Part shown: positions 34,722 through 44,693 of the stretch, one piece after another | Layout: each line of letters starts with the position of its first letter | How positions within the stretch are numbered: position 1 is the first letter of the stretch | Position numbers and translations under genes: made by a program | Source: a virus | Lineage: Duplodnaviria; Caudoviricetes | DNA length: 60,427 nucleotides | Reading direction: 5' to 3' (one strand) | IMG/VR virus record: IMGVR_UViG_3300007734_000733 | Span: 1 to 60,427 of that record | The notes under the pieces: generated by a model | Told to the model about the DNA's origin: nothing | Seen by the model: only the letters and a program-made list of their open reading frames with translations | The model's database searches: none

Positions 34722-36403
34722 TATGAAGCCCTTGCAAACATACCAAGCCCACGGCTAGGGAGTTTACCGTAGCTGGATTTCTTCAACGAACCCTTCTTGA
34801 TTGCGCCGCCCTTTGCCTTGCTGGCCAGCATCCCGCCAGCAATAGTAGCACCGGCCCCGAGCAACTGACCCGACAGACTTCCCTGGGGAACCGAGCTTGT
34901 CGTGGTCGCGCTTGTCGGGCCAGGAGGCGCAGCAGACGCCGCACTAAGCGCCCTGTTCAATGGGTCATACAGGGCGGCAGTCCGATTGGTGACGTTTCCC
35001 TGTTTAGCCGCAATCTGGCGGTCTTGGTACGCCTGCTCCGATTCTCCCAGCCCACGCTGCGCCCCGATTTGCTGCATCGTGCTATTTTGCGCGGCATTGG
35101 CGAGGTTGATGTTACCAGTACCCACGGCAAGCTGACCCGCCTGATTGGCCTGCGTTAGGTTACCAAGTCCAGCGCCGACACCGGCCATGCCTTGACCAGC
35201 CGCAAGGGTGCGCGCCAAGTCGGCCTGACTAGCCTGGATGTTGGCCTGTCCGATGCTTTGAATGCCCTGGGCGGCCTGTAGACCACGATTGGCGTCCGCT
35301 CCGGTCAGGTTGGCTGCTGTCGATCCAAGAGCCGCTTGAGAAGTGCCGAGATTGCCAATGCCAGCGCCGACATTGCCATATCCACCAGCGGCACCCTGTA
35401 GAATCTGCTGCTGCTGCGTACCCAAACCGCCAGCCGTACCGGCAAGTTGCGCCTGACGGGCTAGGTCGGACTGGGAGGCCCCGAGGGCCTGCCCGTATCC
35501 AGATTGCAAGGCTTGGGTCTGCTGATTAAGGATGCTGGCTTGTGTATCCCTCGCGGCACGCCCCACCAGATCGCGCTGCCGAGTTGATCCATATCCACCA
35601 GCCTTAATAAAGTCGCTGCTAATCTGCGGGAGTATATTCTCCGACAGGTTACGTGCGCCCATCTCGGCAATTTGATCCGTCACGGCCCTATTGTACGGGT
35701 TCATGTACTCGCCAACCTGTTGAGCAGACGACTGCCCAGCCGCTTGCAAATACGGAGACGCAGAGGACAGCCCTAGAGCGCCCGTTGATTGACCATAAAG
35801 GTTTGCGGCCTGACCGTACTGGCCAGCGGCCTGCCCGTATGCGCCCTGCGCCTGGGCCGCGTAGGGGTTAAACACATCGGCGGTGTTTGTATTGGCGGCC
35901 TTTTCGTACATGCCGGTGGCTTCATTGAACTGCGCCTGCCCCGCTAGGCCAGATTGTCCGGCTGACGCTTGCCCGTAGTAATCGGCTGCCTGCCCATATG
36001 CAGGCGCGCCAGCGCCGTAGATGTCCATGCCTCCAGCGTTACCTAGTGCGCTTTGGGCATTGGTGAACGTCTGCTTCTGACCGTCTTGCAGCGCCCTGAT
36101 TCTTTGAGCAGACGTATCAAGATCGTAGTTCGAGCCCGCCGTTAGGGGTTCGTCGGCATTAGTATCCCAACCGCCCATTTCGTAAACGGGCTGGCCGTCT
36201 TGGTCTAGGATAGGCTTTCCATCAAAACCATACCTTTGTGGGCCTTGTTTATTTGGATTCCAAGTAGACCCGTAAACCGTCGGCGTGCGGGCCGACAAAA
36301 CCCCAAGACTAGCTAAGGTCTTGTCCCTTAGCGCCTGCGTAGCTGGGTCTGGTAGAGTGGTTACGGTTGAAACTGAGGTGTCGTAGTTGGTGTTGGTAGC
36401 CAT
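34721..36403 (-). CDS. Internal virion/DNA-pilot protein (Gly/Ala/Gln-rich)
   Basis: YMNPY...V, GGYGSTR, AKGGAI motif. Confidence 0.65.
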   Translation of the reverse strand: MATNTNYDTSVSTVTTLPDPATQALRDKTLASLGVLSARTPTVYGSTWNPNKQGPQRYGFDGKPILDQDGQPVYEMGGWDTNADEPLTAGSNYDLDTSAQRIRALQDGQKQTFTNAQSALGNAGGMDIYGAGAPAYGQAADYYGQASAGQSGLAGQAQFNEATGMYEKAANTNTADVFNPYAAQAQGAYGQAAGQYGQAANLYGQSTGALGLSSASPYLQAAGQSSAQQVGEYMNPYNRAVTDQIAEMGARNLSENILPQISSDFIKAGGYGSTRQRDLVGRAARDTQASILNQQTQALQSGYGQALGASQSDLARQAQLAGTAGGLGTQQQQILQGAAGGYGNVGAGIGNLGTSQAALGSTAANLTGADANRGLQAAQGIQSIGQANIQASQADLARTLAAGQGMAGVGAGLGNLTQANQAGQLAVGTGNINLANAAQNSTMQQIGAQRGLGESEQAYQDRQIAAKQGNVTNRTAALYDPLNRALSAASAAPPGPTSATTTSSVPQGSLSGQLLGAGATIAGGMLASKAKGGAIKKGSLKKSSYGKLPSRGLGMFARAS

Positions 36404-36412
36404 GATAAGCTC

Positions 36413-37738
36413 CTACGCCTGGGCGCTTTTTAGCAAAGAGCCGAAGCCCTTTTGCTTAGGCGACGCTTTGTTGGGATTCTTACGGCCTGCGCTACTGCGA
36501 ATCTTTTGTTTGATCTTTTCAATTCGCTGCTGGCCAATGTCGTTGTCGCCGTTCCCAAGATCGGACACCGTGGCGGCGTCGATTACATGCTCTCCGTTTG
36601 AAAGCATCGCGGGGATGTCGTCGCTCTTGCCGTCGCCAGGGCCGTGGATTTGGCCGCCAGTACGCGCGTTCAAATAACCCCACTGAGCAGCCGACATAAG
36701 CTGCGGCATGGCCGCAGACGGCGGCAACCCGATCCCAGGGGCGCTGCCATCGGCAGCAGCGGTGCCGCCATCGGCATATCCCTGCATGTTATTTTGGTAA
36801 ATATCGGTAGGCGTAAAGTTTTGAAAATTGCTCGCGGGCGATGCCATCAAGCGGCGCGTCTTAGCATCCGCTCCATAGGCAGGATTCAGCCACGGGAAAA
36901 CGTTGCTTTGGTCAAACGGAGTTGTTGGCGCGGGCGGAGGCAGGCCGCCGCCGCTATCTTGGAACGATTCCATAATTGGAGGCGTGGCCATGCCGATGGC
37001 AGTAACGGGATTCATCCTGGCAAAAGTACCGGCGTTTTGGATCGTCTGCATAAATGTTGGGTTAAACGTAGAGCCAGCGCCTTTCGTAGCCGCTTCCATA
37101 GCAGAGCCGGACACCGTTAATGGATTGGCTTTCGCAACGGAAGCTAGGCCGGTAACCGGCGCAGAGACTGCGGCAGGTGCAGCAGCGGGAGCAGCGGCTG
37201 CCGCTGGCGCGGCTGCGGCTGGCGCAGCGGCTGCTACTGCACCATCAGAAATTGCAGCGGCGGGAGCGGCGGCTCCGGCTTCTGATGCGGCGGCTGCGGG
37301 TGCGGCGGTAGATAACGCCCCCGCCGCCGCAGCCTTCCCAACTATCTCATTGCCGGTGGTTGTCGCTATGTTTCCCAGCCCCCGTGTGCCCGCAGCGTAG
37401 CTGCCTAGCCCCGCCGTTAGACCTGAGATAGCGCCAGTAGTTAGAGCGCCCTTCCAAGAGTCGCCCGTCAGCTTAGACACAGCCGCGCTTGCAGCAGCCG
37501 CGCCAAGGGGGCCGCCGTACATAAATCCAACCGTTGACGCGCCAATTTTGGCTACGGCCTTCAGGATTTTCCCAAACAGACTATACTCAGCCAACCCGGT
37601 CACAGGATTGGTGCGGCGACCGCCCTGCATGTAATCCAGCATTGCGGATTCATCGGGTGAAATGTGCGCCAGACTTTTGTCGGGTCCGCGCCCCTGTTGC
37701 TCAATCTGTCGAGCAGCGTGTACCAATCCCATAGTCAT
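36413..37738 (-). CDS. Internal virion protein with GPGDGKSDDIPAMLSNGE domain
   Basis: GRG.D..LAH....E...L...GG...NP.TGL.EY N-terminus and the conserved C-terminal domain. Confidence 0.7.
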   Translation of the reverse strand: MTMGLVHAARQIEQQGRGPDKSLAHISPDESAMLDYMQGGRRTNPVTGLAEYSLFGKILKAVAKIGASTVGFMYGGPLGAAAASAAVSKLTGDSWKGALTTGAISGLTAGLGSYAAGTRGLGNIATTTGNEIVGKAAAAGALSTAAPAAAASEAGAAAPAAAISDGAVAAAAPAAAAPAAAAAPAAAPAAVSAPVTGLASVAKANPLTVSGSAMEAATKGAGSTFNPTFMQTIQNAGTFARMNPVTAIGMATPPIMESFQDSGGGLPPPAPTTPFDQSNVFPWLNPAYGADAKTRRLMASPASNFQNFTPTDIYQNNMQGYADGGTAAADGSAPGIGLPPSAAMPQLMSAAQWGYLNARTGGQIHGPGDGKSDDIPAMLSNGEHVIDAATVSDLGNGDNDIGQQRIEKIKQKIRSSAGRKNPNKASPKQKGFGSLLKSAQA

Positions 37739-37980
37739 GGCTTACTCGCTAATATTTCAATAAAGCGTTGCGCCCAGGTATTAAAGTCCAAAAAATCATA
37801 CGGATTGGGCAAAACTATACCATTTAATGAGGGTATAAGTAGCGCCGCCGAAGCCCAGATTTTCCAGTCTTCCGGTTTTTGGATAGACGGCAAAATGCCA
37901 AATTTATCCATATACATGGCCATAGCGCCAGTCCATTCCACGGCATTAAGCCCCTGGGGGGATATGACATGGATGCCCAT
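37735..37980 (-). CDS. Hypothetical virion protein
   Basis: Coupled ORF with W..WA...PNPY.F..F..WA pattern. Confidence 0.65.
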   Translation of the reverse strand: MGIHVISPQGLNAVEWTGAMAMYMDKFGILPSIQKPEDWKIWASAALLIPSLNGIVLPNPYDFLDFNTWAQRFIEILASKP

Positions 37981-39821
37981 TAAGAGGTGATCCTACCATC
38001 GGCTGGCCTGACCTGGGCAACCGTGTCGCCCATCTCGTAGTTGCCGCCCACGACGTTGCTTTCAAACTTAAACCGCATCTGACGGCGCTGCTCACGGATG
38101 TACACAACCTGATCTTCCGCCGAGGTGGCTGTCGCCGGAAAAGATATGGGGTCGCTGGTCGCCTGTGGCGCACGGGCGTTGGAATACGAGCCAGCAACTT
38201 GGACGGTCATATCCCCAGACTGCACAAAGTCAGGCTCAAAGTAATCCACGTACAGACCCCGGTTGCTGCTGCCCTGCATTTCGGCTGGCCAAATCGCGTT
38301 GGTTTCAAAATACGACTGTACCGCCAAGGTTTTAATACCATCCACGCTGTCTGTGCCAAACTCCTGTTGCCATAGTTTGTATTTCGGTGCGCCGGTATTA
38401 ACTGTGCTAAATGTTCCTGCGGCGGGAGTAGCGGCACCAGATTGACTCAGGCTGTACAAGCCTGACTTCTCTCCAGTTGTAGCAGATGTAAAAATAACAG
38501 ATTCGGCATTTTGTACCGCTGTCCAACCAGGATAAGTGCCAGCCGCGATTTCCTGAGCCGTAGTTGTCAACGAGCCGTTGTTGGTAGCCGTAACATTAAC
38601 GGCCGTCGCGCCGTTAAGGACAATGTTGTAGCTAAAGGTGGATGTGCTGGCTGTCGTTACCGACAAAGACACAACGGCTGCATTCGGCGTCGGGTCAACA
38701 CCAGTCATCAGCGGCGAACGAAACACACGCGCGAACTGGCCGCTGGAACGGCCATCGTTCGGAAGCTCGGTGTCGTACCAAACCGCATAACCAAGAATGC
38801 GTGACAGACGCACATTGTAAATTACAGCGTGAGTGCATTCGGTGGCATTGCCACGCGGATAACACCACCAAATTTCGCCCCAACGCGGAACCTTAAAAGC
38901 AAACACCTTCTGAGACTGGCTGTAATTCAAATTGTCGTAGAACCAGTTAAGGTTCATACCGTTTTCGACTTCTTGGATAACACCGTTAAAGCTCAAGAAG
39001 TGATCTATGCCAGCCCAATAATAGATGCCGTCATATTCAATGATGGATTGAGAAGACAGCAGACTGTAAGCGGATGTGATGTTGTCAAAATTGAACAACG
39101 TAGTGCCGCCCACATACGTCATACGCACCAGTGATTCGATGCCCCAAATCAGGCCAGAGGGTCCATTACCCGCACCGGCACGTACAGGCAACCCATACAC
39201 CAGTTTAGAAGCGGTCGGCCTGTACGAGTTCGGCCACGCCGTTACGACATCATTCTCTATACTTACGTTTACGATGCCATCGTTTCCGTAGCTGACAGCA
39301 AACGGATTAAGAGAGAACACGCCGCCAGATACTGGGGGTGAGCCGGTGGCTGCTAAAGAGCCTGAACCGAGAACGTCACCATAATAAACATCAGAGTCTG
39401 TGGTCGCGGCTATGTCGGCTAAGTTTGCTCCCGAGTGAGCAAGCAAAACTGAAGCTGTGGTAGCTCCATCATATAGCGTATCAAACTGCCAAAGATTGTT
39501 TGCATCAACCACAAAGCCAACTGGCGTTCTATCTGCAATCGCAGATACGTTACCGCTCTGACTCAAAACAAATCGCTGTATACCGTCTGACCAGCCGGAG
39601 TGGGAGTACGTGTCCAGGTCGCTGTTAAAGACGTTCAGGCCCCTGGAGATGCCATATAGTTCAGCCGTTAGACGGCGATATCCGCCCATCTTACGCGGCA
39701 AGCCCTTGCGTAGCTGGAAACGGCACCACTGCGTATCGACATAATTATCTCCCTCCAGAAGTGTACCGTCACGTTTACACCCCGGTTGGGAGGCAATCTT
39801 TAATGGAGTGAGGTCGGCCAT
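37980..39821 (-). CDS. Tail nozzle/tubular protein B-like, with a Ser/Thr-rich insertion
   Basis: PG..RDGT...Y.D..W.RF..G.PRKMGG, EIWW.YP...EC..AVIYN, EPDFVQ.G. Beta-propeller-like composition. Confidence 0.7.
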   Translation of the reverse strand: MADLTPLKIASQPGCKRDGTLLEGDNYVDTQWCRFQLRKGLPRKMGGYRRLTAELYGISRGLNVFNSDLDTYSHSGWSDGIQRFVLSQSGNVSAIADRTPVGFVVDANNLWQFDTLYDGATTASVLLAHSGANLADIAATTDSDVYYGDVLGSGSLAATGSPPVSGGVFSLNPFAVSYGNDGIVNVSIENDVVTAWPNSYRPTASKLVYGLPVRAGAGNGPSGLIWGIESLVRMTYVGGTTLFNFDNITSAYSLLSSQSIIEYDGIYYWAGIDHFLSFNGVIQEVENGMNLNWFYDNLNYSQSQKVFAFKVPRWGEIWWCYPRGNATECTHAVIYNVRLSRILGYAVWYDTELPNDGRSSGQFARVFRSPLMTGVDPTPNAAVVSLSVTTASTSTFSYNIVLNGATAVNVTATNNGSLTTTAQEIAAGTYPGWTAVQNAESVIFTSATTGEKSGLYSLSQSGAATPAAGTFSTVNTGAPKYKLWQQEFGTDSVDGIKTLAVQSYFETNAIWPAEMQGSSNRGLYVDYFEPDFVQSGDMTVQVAGSYSNARAPQATSDPISFPATATSAEDQVVYIREQRRQMRFKFESNVVGGNYEMGDTVAQVRPADGRITS

Positions 39822-40978
39822 TAACTGAACATCTGCACATAAGCAAATGCGTCTAGTGTGCTTGGCACATTAAGATTAGTCCGCGCTCCAGAAGCTGTAG
39901 ACGCGCCCGTGCCGCCCTGCGAAATCGGTATCGGCGTTCCGAGGCCCAACGTCTCGGCAAGGATTACATCAGTTCCATTAGAATAAAGAATTGATCTGGT
40001 CGATGAATTTGTTATCGAAACGCCGGGAGTTGCCTGAGTTACTGTCCTAACGCCGAACACAAAAGCGCCGGTCGTGGAGTTATCAACCCAATACTGCTGC
40101 ACAGTAGACGGCACGATAATGTCAAGGTTGCCAGCCAAGGCCCCCGTGAACTTGATCGCCGTCTTATTAAGCTCAAGACCACTTAAGGTGTAAGTGCCGC
40201 TCAACCCAGCAACATTGATGCTCAAATAACTAAACGAAAAAACCGGGCTTTGGCCGAACCCGATTGTATACATATTGCTACCGTCAGTAATGACAATAAC
40301 CGTATCACCCGGATTCAACGTCTTAGTCGCTCCGCCGTCAATCGTGCCGCTCGGCGGCGTAAGCACAAGCGTGCCAGTGCCCTGGTTGGTGATGTTGCAG
40401 AACCAGCCGCTCGTAAGCGTAGCCAGGGCGCTAAAGTTGAATATACCGGCTCCGCCAGTCCAAATCACAAGCGCGGCACGCTGTGCCGTCGTCATGGTCT
40501 GCGGCGTTGAACTGTAAGAGAACCCGCATGGGTACTCTTGGTTCAGCGTAGTGGTGATGGCCTTGATACCAAGGCCAGCCAGTGCGCTGGGAGTTGCCGA
40601 CGATGTGCCAGCGCCCATTTGGTACGTGCGGTAATTGCCGGAGGCGGTCGTGTTATCAGTTACATATGCTGACCAAGCCGCACCAGTCGTCGCCGTAAGG
40701 ACGGTGTTGCCAGCGTTATCAAGAATCGTGAAGGCATTGCTGCCGACGTTGTTGAAGAGCGAGTTGTAACCGACCGACACCTGATTGGCTGGAGGCAACT
40801 TAAACGTCAGCGAACCAGCGGTGAAGCTAATGTCATTGATAGCAGCAACGACGTTCTGGCTAGTTGACGCCTCAATAGGCCATACGGACGTAATGCTGGT
40901 AGACGCCGTATAAGCTTTATAGCTGGGCTGCGCTGGGTCTAGCGTTCCGCCGCCGAATACTTGTGTAAAGCTGGTCAC
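39821..40978 (-). CDS. Tail fiber/appendage protein (Thr/Ser-rich)
   Basis: Beta-rich repeats (LPPAN, TDGSN, GGTGA.TA..AR.NL). Confidence 0.65.
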   Translation of the reverse strand: MTSFTQVFGGGTLDPAQPSYKAYTASTSITSVWPIEASTSQNVVAAINDISFTAGSLTFKLPPANQVSVGYNSLFNNVGSNAFTILDNAGNTVLTATTGAAWSAYVTDNTTASGNYRTYQMGAGTSSATPSALAGLGIKAITTTLNQEYPCGFSYSSTPQTMTTAQRAALVIWTGGAGIFNFSALATLTSGWFCNITNQGTGTLVLTPPSGTIDGGATKTLNPGDTVIVITDGSNMYTIGFGQSPVFSFSYLSINVAGLSGTYTLSGLELNKTAIKFTGALAGNLDIIVPSTVQQYWVDNSTTGAFVFGVRTVTQATPGVSITNSSTRSILYSNGTDVILAETLGLGTPIPISQGGTGASTASGARTNLNVPSTLDAFAYVQMFS

Positions 40979-41637
40979 GCCGTATTCCTTTTCTGAGCGC
41001 GGTCGAGAATCTTCTGCAAGTCCTCGCTATTTAATCCTGACATATCTCTGTCGTAAGCCTGCGACCACGCGGCTGCTTGCTCAGGGTTCTTAAGATACGT
41101 GAACGCCTCAACCAGCGTGCCGTGGAGAAGGGCGTTAGGTGCGTACTCAGTCAGCCAATTCGTTTGCGTTGTGTCATCGAGCAACGGGAGAAGTTGCCAG
41201 TAATTGATCTCATACGGAAATGTAGTAGATGGCGTCGGAGCAAAAATAAGGTGATTGTAGTCGTAGTCCGCGTAATATTTCGGCGTCCCAGTCTGTGTGT
41301 CGTCCGGCCAGTAGCTGCGAATATATTCATATGAACGTGGTAGCAACGTAACGCGGGTATTAAACGTAGTGGCTGTGCCAATGTTTGTACCAACATTAAT
41401 GCTGACGGTTTCGCGCCACCGATCCGGCTTCTGAACAACACCAACAGATGTTGTAAAAGCCGTGTTGACGTTATTGATAAAACCTTGAATTTTAAGCTCA
41501 CGCGCAATCTGGCGCTCTTTCAGATTGATGAACCCAGGAAGTTGAGTATTAAACTGAGTATCAACTGACGAGCCGCCGCGTTCGCAGTAGCTGCGAACGT
41601 CGCTTTGCAAACTCGTAAACGTCATCGCGGTCGGCAC
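40975..41637 (-). CDS. Head-tail adaptor / tail tubular protein A-like
   Basis: T...L...V..Y.ER, FI...E..I.R, G.PKYY, APTP...Y..E..Y, TNWL...AP..LL.G.L.EA..YLK. Confidence 0.75.
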   Translation of the reverse strand: MPTAMTFTSLQSDVRSYCERGGSSVDTQFNTQLPGFINLKERQIARELKIQGFINNVNTAFTTSVGVVQKPDRWRETVSINVGTNIGTATTFNTRVTLLPRSYEYIRSYWPDDTQTGTPKYYADYDYNHLIFAPTPSTTFPYEINYWQLLPLLDDTTQTNWLTEYAPNALLHGTLVEAFTYLKNPEQAAAWSQAYDRDMSGLNSEDLQKILDRAQKRNTA

Positions 41638-41640
41638 GAA

Positions 41641-42123
41641 TTACACCTGCGGCCAGTTGTTGTCTATGGCGTTGATTTCAGCAGTCGTAACGGCGCTACC
41701 GGCCGGAAGTGCTGCCGTCTTCATGGCGTTCAGCAGCTTCTTGGTCGGCTGACGCCGCCCAGGCTCGGCGGTGAACTTGGCAAACTTCGTAGCCACGGTC
41801 GGGTCTGTCGTGCCTTTTGCCGCGAGCAGGATCGTGCCGTAGCGGGTGTCACCGGCCGCGCCGTTGCCGAGTTGTCCCGTCACGTAGTCGATGAGGTCGT
41901 TTTCATTAAGCACCCTATCGATCAGAGAGACTGGGGGCGGTGAGGGATTCGTGAACGTGCCATTGCCGTTATCCAGCGCCCCGTGGAGAGTCCCGTCCGG
42001 CACGATGACGAATGGATTCTTCGCCAGCCACTCAGGATGAAATCGCGTGGCGAGAACTTCGATGCTGCTTGCCGTCTGGCAGTCGACCGCGTACCCACCA
42101 ACGATGCGTGCGAATGTTGTCAT
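41641..42123 (-). CDS. Tail fiber assembly-like protein
   Basis: FARIV.G, RFHP, VPDG...G...G.F..P. Follows the Gly-rich fiber gene. Confidence 0.55.
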   Translation of the reverse strand: MTTFARIVGGYAVDCQTASSIEVLATRFHPEWLAKNPFVIVPDGTLHGALDNGNGTFTNPSPPPVSLIDRVLNENDLIDYVTGQLGNGAAGDTRYGTILLAAKGTTDPTVATKFAKFTAEPGRRQPTKKLLNAMKTAALPAGSAVTTAEINAIDNNWPQV

Positions 42124-43151
42124 GGAGTATCGACCCACGTTATGAGTACGTAGCCCGCGCCGCCTGCACCGCCTTGGTATCCAAGTAGGGTCGTTGAGGT
42201 GCCAACACTGCCCCCGCCTCCACCACGGCCACCAGCACCGCCAGCGCCCTGGCTGCTGTTACCACCGCCACCGCCCCCGCCAAAGCCGCCGCCGCCGCCG
42301 TTACCAGCGCCACCGCCAGCGCCATTCCCGCCGCCGCCGAATGGCCCGCCGCCGCCACTTACGGCACCGCCGGGAGCGCCCGTGACCTGAAACGGCGACG
42401 TGAAAACGAACGGCATTGACGTAAGAATCGGAGCCACGGTCGCTGACAACGCTAGGCCGTTGTTAACGAGCGATTGATTCATAATCCCGGTGTATGCGGT
42501 AATTTGGCCCGTTGCGGCAACAAACGTAACTGGCCCTGCGGCTCCGGCTGCTGATGCAGTTGAACCTCCTGACGCAACCCATGCCGCTCCCGAAGACCCG
42601 CCGCTTGTAGAAAGAGAGGCTGCATTTGCTGGGCCTCCGGCCGCCCCAGCACCGTATGGGCTTCCGGAAGACCCCCCGCCAGCGCCGCCAGCAGTAGAGG
42701 CGGTTGTAATGCCGACGCCTCCGTTACCTCCCGACGCCGCGAATACTCCACCGCTACCACCTGACCCACCGGCCGCTGCCGTTGTAGCTACTTGTCCGCC
42801 TGCGCCAGCGGCGGCGGTAATCAAAGAACCAACTGAGGTCGTGCCGCCCGCACCGCCTGCCGAAGTTGGGAATCCAGCAGCCCCTGCGGCACCGACCGTC
42901 ACCGTCTGGCTCGTGCCGATGGCCATAGAAACCCAGCCAGCGCGGTACTCGCCGCCCGCGCCCGCGCCATTGGCTGAGACTGCGAAACTCGCTCCAGCGC
43001 CACCGCCTGCACCGCCGATGCAAACGACGTAGTGAGGACCCGTGTACTGAGGAACAAACGTGTAAGACCCGGCTCGATCCCACTGAGCGAACCGTTCCAC
43101 GCCGGGCTTGACGCTCGACGCGGGAAAATTTGGTGCTGGAGGTCCGGGCAT
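42120..43151 (-). CDS. Glycine-rich tail fiber protein
   Basis: G.YTF.P, V.CIGGAGGG, GG.GGTTS.G...A.GG, GG.G.V.I.W. Confidence 0.75.
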   Translation of the reverse strand: MPGPPAPNFPASSVKPGVERFAQWDRAGSYTFVPQYTGPHYVVCIGGAGGGAGASFAVSANGAGAGGEYRAGWVSMAIGTSQTVTVGAAGAAGFPTSAGGAGGTTSVGSLITAAAGAGGQVATTAAAGGSGGSGGVFAASGGNGGVGITTASTAGGAGGGSSGSPYGAGAAGGPANAASLSTSGGSSGAAWVASGGSTASAAGAAGPVTFVAATGQITAYTGIMNQSLVNNGLALSATVAPILTSMPFVFTSPFQVTGAPGGAVSGGGGPFGGGGNGAGGGAGNGGGGGFGGGGGGGNSSQGAGGAGGRGGGGGSVGTSTTLLGYQGGAGGAGYVLITWVDTP

Positions 43152-43156
43152 GTTCT

Positions 43157-43552
43157 TTACGCCGTTGCTGTATAGACACGTGAAACGACGCCGGTCACGT
43201 ATAGTCCGGCTGTAGCGGTACTCCAGAATCCGAAGATGCCGGATTTCGACATGCCAACGTCGTAGCTGTAGGCAGTCGTGAACGCGCCCCCGGCCACCGC
43301 GAACTGTCGATTTCCGGTCGTGGCCGTCGAGCCGATCTGTCCGTAGACAGTGATGGAAGCCGCGCTGACGTTGCTGATAACGATGTACGGCATATCGAGC
43401 GCATTAGCGTCGCAGGTATGCGCCACCGTCTGAGCGGCGGCCGTTGTGGCCGTGACTAGGATTGCCGGGGAAGAAGCGGTTGCTCCAGACAGCGGAAACA
43501 GGTCCGAGGCTGGACCAGAATTTACGCCTCTGCCGATAGCTCCGTAGCTCAT
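43157..43552 (-). CDS. Small structural protein (Thr/Ala-rich)
   Basis: Position and composition. Confidence 0.6.
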   Translation of the reverse strand: MSYGAIGRGVNSGPASDLFPLSGATASSPAILVTATTAAAQTVAHTCDANALDMPYIVISNVSAASITVYGQIGSTATTGNRQFAVAGGAFTTAYSYDVGMSKSGIFGFWSTATAGLYVTGVVSRVYTATA

Positions 43553-43553
43553 G

Positions 43554-43898
43554 TTACGTTACCTCGATAACTGTAAGCACCGCCGTCACGCCGGTCGTGG
43601 CGTAGGGCGTCACCTGTACCGCTCCACCAGTCGGCAACGAGTGCTTCTGGAACCCTTCCGCAACCAACATACCGCCTGGATAAAGCGGAGCCTTTTTAAG
43701 CAGAGTGTATGCAGTCGAGCCGTCGTACAGAGCTACATCGGCATATGCGATTACGTTTGTAGTCGCTGAGTTGGCCAGTGTAAGCGCGATGATTTGCCCC
43801 GTCGTAGCGGCGGGGACAGTGTATGCACCGACCGTTGTCACGGCGGTCGATGTGACCAACGAGGCTTTGAAAATCCATTGAGTTGCCGTGAAGGCCAT
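43554..43898 (-). CDS. Small structural protein (YTVPA family, Thr-rich)
   Basis: YTVPAAT...I..L...N...L..G..V..T pattern. Confidence 0.65.
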   Translation of the reverse strand: MAFTATQWIFKASLVTSTAVTTVGAYTVPAATTGQIIALTLANSATTNVIAYADVALYDGSTAYTLLKKAPLYPGGMLVAEGFQKHSLPTGGAVQVTPYATTGVTAVLTVIEVT

Positions 43899-43905
43899 AA
43901 TTCAC

Positions 43906-44298
43906 CTATGTCAGAGATACGCCGCGCCAGCCGCCAGTCGCGGCGTAAACCCAGAGCTTGTTATTCGTCGTGTCGAATTGAATCGGAATATTACCAACGC
44001 CAAACCCCACAGGCACGCCCGTGGGCGTACCGGCGCACGATGTAATCATTATATATCCAACAGTCGCATTAGTCGCTAAGGCCACGCCCGCGCCCAAAGA
44101 AATATTGCCTGCGCTTTTAACGGACGCGCCGGAGGCCAAAACAATGCCGGTCGCAAGAGAGGTTTGCATAACCCAATTCACGACTTGCGTAGCCGTGCAA
44201 TAATCAGCAGGCGGCCCAGCAGCGTGCTGAACCAGAAAGATGTCACCAGTTGCAAGCGCCGGAGATAGGTCTAATTCGCTGATGAGGACGTTAGGCAT
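43906..44298 (-). CDS. Structural/fiber-like protein
   Basis: ISEL.....L..GD N-terminus, DTTNNKLW.Y...W tail. Confidence 0.6.
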   Translation of the reverse strand: MPNVLISELDLSPALATGDIFLVQHAAGPPADYCTATQVVNWVMQTSLATGIVLASGASVKSAGNISLGAGVALATNATVGYIMITSCAGTPTGVPVGFGVGNIPIQFDTTNNKLWVYAATGGWRGVSLT

Positions 44299-44693
44299 TA
44301 CGGATTATTCCCGCACAGGAAGTTAAAACCACCGTTTGTTGCGTCTTGCGGGTTCTTGCCGGTAATGATGGGCGTGTCGTAATCTGCAATAATGAAATAC
44401 ATAGGTTCCGGGTTAAGCGCGTAGTTCTCTGGCCGGGGGTTCTTGATGGGAACCGGATCAGGCGGCAGAACCAATTTAGAATAATATGGGTTTGGAACGT
44501 CATCGCAAACGCCGCAGACGTACAGCTTGGTCCCCACCGGCACAGACCCGCCGCGATACTCCATTTTCTCAACCAAATGGGCGTGCATCGTCCACATGCC
44601 GCAGCCGTCGCAAACGGCGACGGAGCGAGGGCTTTTGACATCAATATCAATCGGTGCCCTAGAACGGCGATGAAGCGGCGATAACCGGCTCAT
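44298..44693 (-). CDS. Conserved zinc-finger protein of the head-completion cluster
   Basis: CDGCG...VC..C.D.P.P.....P.D..P...PRP. Confidence 0.65.
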   Translation of the reverse strand: MSRLSPLHRRSRAPIDIDVKSPRSVAVCDGCGMWTMHAHLVEKMEYRGGSVPVGTKLYVCGVCDDVPNPYYSKLVLPPDPVPIKNPRPENYALNPEPMYFIIADYDTPIITGKNPQDATNGGFNFLCGNNP

